Of a stretch of DNA of 64,000 nucleotides, positions 9,810-17,298 are shown piece by piece. Positions within the stretch are counted from its first letter, which is position 1, and each line of letters begins with the position of its first letter. Source of the stretch: a virus; the IMG/VR virus record IMGVR_UViG_3300020404_000006; one strand, written 5' to 3'. The position numbers and the translations under genes are program-made. The notes beneath the pieces are model-generated. The model searched no databases. It was not told where the DNA came from and saw only the letters and a list, made by a program, of their open reading frames with translations.

Positions 9810-9881
9810 AAACCTGTTTGTTTGTTATACTATCATTATAGGGCAGTGATATTGAATATCAACCGCCCTTGTGCCACTTAT

Positions 9882-10073
9882 TCAACTGTCACTAGGTACT
9901 AGCATTTGTGGGATTCCATCATCAATATCTGCTAAACGTCCTAGTTTATGACGAATTTTCCTAAAATTGACATTAAAATCGTCATTCAATTTGTCAGTAA
10001 CCCTACAAGGCGTACCTAAGATAAGTTGTAGCAGAGCGTCACACTCTGCAGCAGTCAAGTTTGGGTCAGTCAT
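9882..10073 (-). CDS. Early hypothetical protein
   Basis: Stop codon inside the palindrome at 9870. Confidence 0.55.
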   Translation of the reverse strand: MTDPNLTAAECDALLQLILGTPCRVTDKLNDDFNVNFRKIRHKLGRLADIDDGIPQMLVPSDS

Positions 10074-10242
10074 TAGTCTTTAGGATACAAGTTTGTAATA
10101 ATGTCAGCAAGTTGATTCAACTGATCTTCATTCATTAGTTCGATCATAGCATCAACTATATCATAGGGAGCGGAATTGTCCGCCTCCTCTAAGATTTCTG
10201 CTATCTCTGAAAATAGAGTAGTCTTTAAGTCATTTGGATATA

Positions 10243-10722
10243 TCATGCTGACATTAACTCCTGTGGATAGTCAGCAGGGATTTCTTCCTTGATAGGTGTG
10301 AAAGTATCGTTGAAATCCTTAGTTTTCTCATTCCAAAAACTAATACCATAGCATACCAAAGTTCCGTCTAGTTCTTTGATGTAAGCATACTCTCCACAAC
10401 ACTTGTTAGTGTCCTCAAAGAAGTGTGAAGTAGTTTTGTGATGTTTAGGAGCATTGTCATCAATAGACTCTCCTCTATCTGTGTAGTAACAAGGTTTGAA
10501 CTCTCTGCCCTCTAGTTCCTCTGGTTCAGTAAGTTCCCAACCTGATTGAGTATGGCAACAACTCATGTCTCCACCATCAATAAGTTCAGCGATTGCTTCC
10601 CTAGTAGGAAAATGTTTGTTGAGAGTAACTCCCAACCACTGTGGATAACCGTCCCAATGATGATATGCGGATAGGATTGAACCATCAGCAAGTCTAAGTC
10701 CGATTCTTGAATTTGTTGACAT
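10243..10722 (-). CDS. Conserved-type phage hypothetical protein (YHHWDGYP motif)
   Basis: MSTNSRIG...SAYHHWDGYPQWLG motif, familiar from phage proteins; promoter at 10751-10809. Confidence 0.7.
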   Translation of the reverse strand: MSTNSRIGLRLADGSILSAYHHWDGYPQWLGVTLNKHFPTREAIAELIDGGDMSCCHTQSGWELTEPEELEGREFKPCYYTDRGESIDDNAPKHHKTTSHFFEDTNKCCGEYAYIKELDGTLVCYGISFWNEKTKDFNDTFTPIKEEIPADYPQELMSA

Positions 10723-10804
10723 GATTTGTTGTTTGTTTTGTTATGTACTTATTATAGTATGGTAGGAATGGAAATCTACCACCTGTGTGCCACTAATCCA
10801 AGTG

Positions 10805-11062
10805 TCACAAGTTTGCTGGGTCGGAAGGCATTACCTGTGGTAAGATCATCAGTTGTAACCTATCAACAACAGCGGGAACAAGTTTGCTACCATCAAAGGA
10901 GCAACTTCCGTCATCATTCTTGTTACCTAACTTCTCACAAATTGCATCACTAACTAACTCATATAGAGCGTTATGTGCCTTTGGATTGTTGTTAATATGT
11001 TCGATAACTTCCAATACCAAAGCATCAGCAAGTTTGTTTAATGTGTCCTTAGATAGTGTCAT
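10805..11062 (-). CDS. Early hypothetical protein
   Basis: ORF track. Confidence 0.55.
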   Translation of the reverse strand: MTLSKDTLNKLADALVLEVIEHINNNPKAHNALYELVSDAICEKLGNKNDDGSCSFDGSKLVPAVVDRLQLMILPQVMPSDPANL

Positions 11063-11204
11063 TTAATCCTCTTATCTTGATTTAAAGGGGAATTGAAATA
11101 GTCACGATTAACAACATAAAGTGTTACCATGGCGGTAAGAATACCAAAGAATCCGATAATCAAAATAGGACTCTTAGGGAAGTCGTAGAAAGGAATTTCA
11201 GTCA

Positions 11205-11432
11205 TTAGTTGTCGTATAGTGGGTAGTAAACTTCTGTGTCAACTGCGTGCTTCATAGTCTCATACATTGAAAACTCTGGGTCAGATAAGTCTTTGCAAGT
11301 TGATAAAATACTGATAACCTCTTCCATAAGGTTGACTATCATTTTTTCTTTTGGTGTGGTTTTTAGTTTTGATGCCATAATGTTTGTTTGTATAGTATTA
11401 TAATACAGGCAGTAGTATTTAAGTGCAACCAC
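11205..11432 (-). CDS. Early hypothetical protein (true start about 11378)
   Basis: Promoter at 11400-11459 overlaps the listed 5' end. Confidence 0.55.
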   Translation of the reverse strand: MVALKYYCLYYNTIQTNIMASKLKTTPKEKMIVNLMEEVISILSTCKDLSDPEFSMYETMKHAVDTEVYYPLYDN

Positions 11433-11444
11433 CTGTGTGCCAGT

Positions 11445-11798
11445 TTACAAATAGGTTATCTCTCCCTTTTCAACTGCCTCCTCTAGTTCATAATAGTTTG
11501 CTCTCTCTGCATCTATCTCTTCTTGATGATATTCAAATACCATATTCTGATAGATGTCGAACAAGTCCTGTAATACTACGCCTTCGAGGTCACTCCATGA
11601 ACCAACATAGTCTAACTGTGTCTCATCATATCCACCCTTCTCAAAACTAGGAGCGGATACAAAATTCATTCCAATGTCAATAAAGAAATGTCTGCCATAC
11701 TTCTCACTCACATGAGTTTTTGTTGGTATGAAATGGCAACCATGTTTGCCCTCTGGATCTCTCAAATCGTTGAAATCTCTATAAATGTATGTTCGCAT
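11445..11798 (-). CDS. Early hypothetical protein
   Basis: 117 aa; stop codon in the palindrome at 11436. Confidence 0.6.
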   Translation of the reverse strand: MRTYIYRDFNDLRDPEGKHGCHFIPTKTHVSEKYGRHFFIDIGMNFVSAPSFEKGGYDETQLDYVGSWSDLEGVVLQDLFDIYQNMVFEYHQEEIDAERANYYELEEAVEKGEITYL

Positions 11799-11964
11799 TA
11801 CAATTCCTCCACGTTTTCAATATTCCACTCTGACACATATTCATCTTCTACTTCAAATGAATTGATGTCAGCATGAGCAAGTTCTCTTGCCTGTTCCTCT
11901 GTGTCTGCTTCAACTAAGATAGTGAAGTAATTGACTTCAGAGCATTCTATTCTAAACTGATTCA

Positions 11965-12147
11965 TTATATACCTCCATCAACTGCTATCATTTTACGATA
12001 GATGTCATGAGAGATATAATCTCTTATATCATTTGAGAGATCAGGGTCATACTTTGTTTCTACTCTCTCTTTGAGTGAGAAGTAAGTCGGTTCAAATATC
12101 TCAAAGAGTCTATTGAACTCGGTGTCTGTTAGGATTAATGTTTTCAT
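11965..12147 (-). CDS. Early hypothetical protein
   Basis: ORF track. Confidence 0.55.
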   Translation of the reverse strand: MKTLILTDTEFNRLFEIFEPTYFSLKERVETKYDPDLSNDIRDYISHDIYRKMIAVDGGI

Positions 12148-12347
12148 TGTTCAAGTTTTAGACGTAAGAGTGAATCAACAACCGATTCCATAGTTGCTTT
12201 AGAAAAACCAACTGCATAGGGATAATCTTTTGTGTAATCATCACTATTCTGTTCTGAAGCACCATAACATACTTCGATTGATTCATTGAGTGACTTAATG
12301 ATTTGGTCAACAATGTAGGTTGGAATTTCAAGTCTTGAATACGGCAT
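12144..12347 (-). CDS. Early hypothetical protein
   Basis: GGAG SD upstream; lies downstream of the structured RNA. Confidence 0.6.
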   Translation of the reverse strand: MPYSRLEIPTYIVDQIIKSLNESIEVCYGASEQNSDDYTKDYPYAVGFSKATMESVVDSLLRLKLEQ

Positions 12348-12366
12348 TGATCTCCATGTATTTGAG

Positions 12367-12449
12367 AGGGGGCAACTCAGATTGGCAGTTTGAGATTAAA
12401 TCCTTCGAGTCAAAAGAACCGCTTCTTTTAACGGATCGCCTTGCCCCCT
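12367..12449 (-). ncRNA. Candidate structured RNA or leader (~83 nt)
   Basis: Begins just after the TATAAT at 12458-12463; 9-bp terminal stem AGGGGGCAA/TTGCCCCCT with internal hairpins; no ORF. Confidence 0.55.
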
Positions 12450-12500
12450 ATGTTTCTATTATAGTATGATGAAATAGTATTTCATGCACCTATGTGCCAC

Positions 12501-13448
12501 TTATTCAACTGGCACACCCCATGTCTTTTTCATATTGAAGTTTGCATAACTGAAGCGTTGACGTTTGATAAGTTTGTATGTACCATACTTGTTAGTCATC
12601 ACATAACCCTCATGCTCATAGGGTTGACCATCAATAAGGCACTCAACATCTTTTGATGTAACGATACCTTGCATCAATAGTTCTTTAACTTCAATAATCA
12701 TATTGTATAAGTGGAACAAGTTTTTTGAGTATCCTGTATCACTTGCAAGTTGATCGGGGTTAAGTTTCTTGCCTTCCCTCACATAACTGTTGACAATTAC
12801 CTTTAGTGCTTTTCCTTCCTTGAGCGTGGGGAACTCGGTAAAACGTACCAACGTGCGGGCGAGAGTGAGCAAGAATTCAATCTTGACACTTAAGCGGTTA
12901 TTCATAGTAGCATGAGTATCAACTTGATAGTGTCCTAAGTTGCGACAGTCAAGATTCCTATAATTATTGGGTCGATAATGGAATACTGCATCTAATTCTT
13001 GAATAGTTGCACCAATATACTGTGTATGAGTCGCTACAACTACTGACTGTTTGATGACCTTATCAAATTTGTATGTGATAGTATTAGGTTTGTAGGTATC
13101 ATTACCACCATAACCAATAAAGTCACATTGATACACTCCATGATCTGTGGGTAGAGTCTCAAGGCAAGTGTGTAGAATACTTGCTACATTTGGGATATGA
13201 CCATGATTAGTTTCAATATCTGTATGAGTATAGTTTATCTTGATCTTCTTCTTATTGAATACTGATTTAGTGCCAACAAAGAATCTACCATTCTCAGGGT
13301 TGACTCCATACACGATAGCAGGGGCACCATCATACTTGACTGATATTTGATTTCTCTTGCTCTTCAAAAACTTGATTACATCAATAGCACCACTCTTACC
13401 AAGAGTCAGGATACTATCTTCTGGGTGCTCTAGGTGTTTGTTCTTCAT
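12501..13448 (-). CDS. Nucleotidyltransferase/ligase-fold protein (Rnl2/DUF6267-like)
   Basis: SVKYDGAP (KxDG motif I), HEGYV (motif IV-like), YKLIKR (motif V-like); start reassigned to MKNKH at 13448. Confidence 0.65.
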   Translation of the reverse strand: MKNKHLEHPEDSILTLGKSGAIDVIKFLKSKRNQISVKYDGAPAIVYGVNPENGRFFVGTKSVFNKKKIKINYTHTDIETNHGHIPNVASILHTCLETLPTDHGVYQCDFIGYGGNDTYKPNTITYKFDKVIKQSVVVATHTQYIGATIQELDAVFHYRPNNYRNLDCRNLGHYQVDTHATMNNRLSVKIEFLLTLARTLVRFTEFPTLKEGKALKVIVNSYVREGKKLNPDQLASDTGYSKNLFHLYNMIIEVKELLMQGIVTSKDVECLIDGQPYEHEGYVMTNKYGTYKLIKRQRFSYANFNMKKTWGVPVE

Positions 13449-13509
13449 ACTACCATTATACACCATGGCAACAGGAAATCAACCACCTGTGTGCCAGTTT
13501 ATAAAGTGG

Positions 13510-13666
13510 GTGAGAGAGAAACGTGGGACTACTGTAATGGGTTTCACCCAAGAGTCCAAATTTACACTATGGGAATCGCTTACACCTGAACCCCTACTGA
13601 GTACTGACCTAGCAATGCTGGCGCTCCATGTTCGGGCATAGTAACCACATGAGTTATCTCTCTCAC
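13510..13666 (-). ncRNA. Candidate structured ncRNA (~157 nt), possibly manA-class cyanophage RNA
   Basis: Predicted start right after the -10 TATTAT at 13673-13678; terminal stem GTGAGAGAGATAAC/GTTTCTCTCTCAC; nested stems; no ORF longer than about 19 codons. Confidence 0.65.
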
Positions 13667-13719
13667 ATTTATATAATACTACATTGATGTAGGTTTACAA
13701 CCACCTGTGTGCCAGTTTA

Positions 13720-13911
13720 TTAAATGTCACACTCAGGGTTGAGAAATTGCCTATTTCGCTTTACTTTAGTAGTTGAAATATCAATTAAATCTTCTAACTC
13801 TTCTATAGAATTGGATAGGTTGTCATCATCTTTCTCCTCAGAATAGAAAAATAATGCTTCACTTAACAAGTTAAATTGCTTGTCAGTTAGTGTTACATTG
13901 ATCTGATACAT
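13720..13911 (-). CDS. Early hypothetical protein
   Basis: ORF track; stop codon in the palindrome at 13708. Confidence 0.6.
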   Translation of the reverse strand: MYQINVTLTDKQFNLLSEALFFYSEEKDDDNLSNSIEELEDLIDISTTKVKRNRQFLNPECDI

Positions 13912-13912
13912 C

Positions 13913-14482
13913 TTACCTCATAGGTATGTTAAACGACATTATTGTCCTCTGTTTATTTGATTTAGATACTGGCGATTCATGTAACAAAACAGAAGGAAAA
14001 GTTAGAATCTCGCCTTCATTTACTGGAGGCGCAATCTTATCTATTGTACCATAATAGGGGTTAGGGTGTGGACTATAGAATGTAGTAGGAAAATGCTCCT
14101 GTGGGTCAAACTCAACATACAATACACATGATATATTCATTAAACCATGATTATGAGCACCATGAAATTGTCCTATGGCATATCTCTGTGACCATAGTTG
14201 CCACTCCTCAACATTTTTGAAAGGGCAATCTCCTCCATATCTATCACTCAATATCTGTGTGTATTCATTGACTAACTTATCTAAATCAGTTTGCAATATG
14301 TCAACAAACTCATTAAGATATGGTGCTGTAGTCTGATACTTATAGTAGTCAGTCTGACATTCTATGATCTCATTATCAGTAAAATCTATTAGTTTTAAGA
14401 GTCTAGATTTCTTATCACTCCAATCGTCTATCACAAATTTAGTGATATTAAATCCAAATAGATTTAGAGACTGAGCATTCAT
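13913..14482 (-). CDS. Putative 2OG-Fe(II) oxygenase (TIGR02466-like)
   Basis: HGAHNHG ... ILTFPSVLLHES ... RTIMSFNI. Confidence 0.75.
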   Translation of the reverse strand: MNAQSLNLFGFNITKFVIDDWSDKKSRLLKLIDFTDNEIIECQTDYYKYQTTAPYLNEFVDILQTDLDKLVNEYTQILSDRYGGDCPFKNVEEWQLWSQRYAIGQFHGAHNHGLMNISCVLYVEFDPQEHFPTTFYSPHPNPYYGTIDKIAPPVNEGEILTFPSVLLHESPVSKSNKQRTIMSFNIPMR

Positions 14483-14623
14483 TTATGTTTGTAGTTTTTT
14501 CTGGATTTACGCCTTGGTCTTATACCTTTATCTCTTTTCAACTCCGCCTTAAGTTTCTTTAGAAATTTTAAGTGGTCAGGATACACTAATTTCATAAGGT
14601 CTTTTTTAGTTTGTCGAGACTCT

Positions 14624-14878
14624 CTAGAAATCTCTATCCACCTCAACATCATTTATATCTTGGAATGTGATATTGGCGATGTCTGAGTCAGTCCAATCTG
14701 TGATGTCATCAAGGAATAAATCTGCATCATCAAAATCATCTGCCTCGATCATCATTTCCTGTACTAATGCTTCAGCGTCCTCAAGTCGCACCTTGTCCAC
14801 CAGTTTGCTCATCTGTGTGGCGAACTGCTCTTCCATGACTGAAAGGCATTGTGCTCGGATTTTGTCAATTTGTGCCAT
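14624..14878 (-). CDS. Highly acidic small protein
   Basis: 84 aa with a D/E-rich C-terminal half. Confidence 0.55.
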   Translation of the reverse strand: MAQIDKIRAQCLSVMEEQFATQMSKLVDKVRLEDAEALVQEMMIEADDFDDADLFLDDITDWTDSDIANITFQDINDVEVDRDF

Positions 14879-14931
14879 TGGTTTTAGTTACCATGTAGTT
14901 TGATTATACTATAATTTTAGAATATTTGCAA

Positions 14932-16149
14932 CTACCTTGTCGCCCTTGATACCTGTGACTCTCCCTTAGTAAAGATAGTGTCAACAACTGACTGAAGGCG
15001 GCGTTCTGTACCAATACCCACATTACTGTAAACTGGTACAAACATCTTGCCAAATGGTTTTACATAACCATTTCCATTGATGTTAGGTTTGAGAGCACCT
15101 GTGCTAATCTTAAGTGCATCTTCCTTATGTAGTCGAATGACTCGACCAATAGTTTGTGCCATAGTGATTAGATCAAGATTCCTCAGTAGAATACAAGCAG
15201 TCAATCCACTCACATTCATACCCTCTGAGAGAATAGAATGATGAAACATGACAAACTTCTTGTCAGGGTCAGCACCCCACTTGTTCATCAAATTGAAGAA
15301 TGTCTTACGAGTGACCTTCTTACCATTGATGATAGCACCATACTTTGATGTAATCCACATTACATTGTATTTCATAGAGTGACATACTGCCATGAAATCA
15401 GTTTGAGTAATCAACTTGTGAATGTTCTTACTAGACTTAGCAGTGACCAATACTTTGTCCATGTGATCTTCATTTTCAAGAGCATCAAGAATCATACACC
15501 TGTCAATCTGCTCAACTGATTCATAGAACCCGATAGGATACTTGACTGACTTGACTTGAGGCGGTACGATATACCCCTTCTTAATCAACTCTGGAGCAGG
15601 GATCTCTGCAATTACCTTGCCATATACCTTCTCATTGTTCATACCTCTCTCTTGTGATGTATGATGTTTAGGTGTGGCAGTGAAGTAAAACTTACGTCTA
15701 GTAATGTTAGAGCGGTTCTTGACACTCTCAAAGAAGTTTCTTTGAACTGAATTGTGTGCCTCATCATAATATACTGTATCCGCTTCAACATCTTCCATGA
15801 TTCTGTGAAGTGAATGGTATGTAGTAAAGATCAACTGATTCTTTGTACTGTTATGATGCCACTCTTGAATCTCTTTAGGATTAGTTGTAGTCTGGTAGTT
15901 AGTCTCTCCACTATGAACATGAAGCACCTCGACATTATCAATCTGCTCTAGGAACTCCTCACACAACTGTTGAGCAAGTAAGATTCTAGGAGCAACAACA
16001 ATAATAGTCTGTGGAATAGGCATACTGAATCGCCACTTAGCATCAACAATCATACACATAGTCTTACCACCGCCAGTAGGTACAAGTACCTGACCACACT
16101 GGCGTTGCATGATATTTGTAATCTCTTTTTGATGATCTCTAAGTTGCAT
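14932..16149 (-). CDS. Superfamily 2 DEAD/DExH-like helicase (ResIII-like)
   Basis: PTGGGKT Walker A, YYDEAH motif II, TATP motif III, LSEGMNV motif V, AQTIGRVIR motif VI; ATG start at 16149. Confidence 0.88.
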   Translation of the reverse strand: MQLRDHQKEITNIMQRQCGQVLVPTGGGKTMCMIVDAKWRFSMPIPQTIIVVAPRILLAQQLCEEFLEQIDNVEVLHVHSGETNYQTTTNPKEIQEWHHNSTKNQLIFTTYHSLHRIMEDVEADTVYYDEAHNSVQRNFFESVKNRSNITRRKFYFTATPKHHTSQERGMNNEKVYGKVIAEIPAPELIKKGYIVPPQVKSVKYPIGFYESVEQIDRCMILDALENEDHMDKVLVTAKSSKNIHKLITQTDFMAVCHSMKYNVMWITSKYGAIINGKKVTRKTFFNLMNKWGADPDKKFVMFHHSILSEGMNVSGLTACILLRNLDLITMAQTIGRVIRLHKEDALKISTGALKPNINGNGYVKPFGKMFVPVYSNVGIGTERRLQSVVDTIFTKGESQVSRATR

Positions 16150-16181
16150 AGTCAGTTGTCTCAATAATCATAGTATAGGAT

Positions 16182-16207
16182 AAAAAAAGACCCCTGCAAG
16201 GGGTCTT
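16182..16207 (-). terminator. Intrinsic terminator lying within the helicase promoter spacer
   Basis: AAGACCCCT-GCA-AGGGGTCTT hairpin followed by a T-run on the minus strand. Confidence 0.75.
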
Positions 16208-16412
16208 GTGCCAGTCTTAGAACTGTGCCAATAGTTTTTGAGTCTCAGGGTCAAACTCCTCTTTAACTCCGTTAATGTCCATCAACCAATCATCTTGCTC
16301 TAGTCCTTCAAATTCATCAATCTGTTCAAAATCAAAATCGTCCATAGTGTTCCGTTTGTTTACTCTCATATAATAGTGTAATTTCAATAATGTGCAACCA
16401 CCTGTGTGTCAG

Positions 16413-16712
16413 TTATCCAACTGGAGGGGCGCCTGGTGCTTCAGCGGGCATTGCCTCCATATCAAATCTACTAGATGCTTTCTCTAGTTCCACCTTGCCC
16501 TTGAGAGCATTAACCTCTGCAATAAGAGTCTTAATGTCATCTTGCTGTTTGTATAGGGCAGCATTAACCATTGACTCTAGTGAAGTCAATCTCTCGTCAA
16601 GGTTGCCAATGGTTCGCATTGCTGCCTGTAGTTGTTTCTTAAGTCTATCAACTTGTTGCAACTTAGTCTTAGTAAGTGCTTCTGTATCTGATGTTAGTGA
16701 ATCGTATCCCAT
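16413..16712 (-). CDS. Coiled-coil hypothetical protein
   Basis: Heptad pattern; CTAAATAA late-like box upstream. Confidence 0.65.
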   Translation of the reverse strand: MGYDSLTSDTEALTKTKLQQVDRLKKQLQAAMRTIGNLDERLTSLESMVNAALYKQQDDIKTLIAEVNALKGKVELEKASSRFDMEAMPAEAPGAPPVG

Positions 16713-16752
16713 GATTTATGTTACTCTTGGATTATTTAGATAGGTGTGGGTA

Positions 16753-17178
16753 TTACCTGATATACAGATAACCACCCGCCCAGTCACAGTTTGCTAGCAT
16801 CCACTCACGTTGATTAATGTCTCTCATATCAAATCTAACGTGTTTAGCAGGTGCTTTCCATGAAGCAGGTTTGTAAACCTCTCCTGTCATTTTATCAACA
16901 AAAGCATGAACCCCTGCACTCTCATATTTGCCATTACGATAGTCATTCTGAATGATCTTATGATACTTCTTACCTGATGTGATAGTAAACTTCATGCACT
17001 CTTCATCATTCTCAAGTTTGTTGATCCTCTCCTGTAGATATGGATTCATTTCTGTTGAGTTATTCCTGATGCAAGAGCGAACTGCATAGTTCTTGTACTG
17101 TTGCTCAAGGGCACGACAAAGTGTTTCAGTCCATTGAAGCACTTCAACTTTTGTGAGTGATTTTTCGAGTGTTGACAT
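16753..17178 (-). CDS. Conserved-type phage hypothetical protein (HAFVDK..GEVYKPASWKAPAK)
   Basis: Motif familiar from phage proteins; start reassigned to MSTLEK after the CAAA-type leader. Confidence 0.7.
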   Translation of the reverse strand: MSTLEKSLTKVEVLQWTETLCRALEQQYKNYAVRSCIRNNSTEMNPYLQERINKLENDEECMKFTITSGKKYHKIIQNDYRNGKYESAGVHAFVDKMTGEVYKPASWKAPAKHVRFDMRDINQREWMLANCDWAGGYLYIR

Positions 17179-17298
17179 AATTCTGTTTGTATTGTTGTTT
17201 GTTAAAGAGAAAAGGGAAGGAAGGTAACAAACACAAAACCTTCCCTCCACATTCATATATTACTGCATTGTGGCGGTAATGCAACCACCTGTGTGCCA

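Noticed and set aside
12367-12449. tRNA or glutamine riboswitch
   Set aside because: No TTCRA T-loop or anticodon arm, and it lacks the CGTT..GGAAGTA..GAAG.AACG pattern of glnA/downstream-peptide RNAs.
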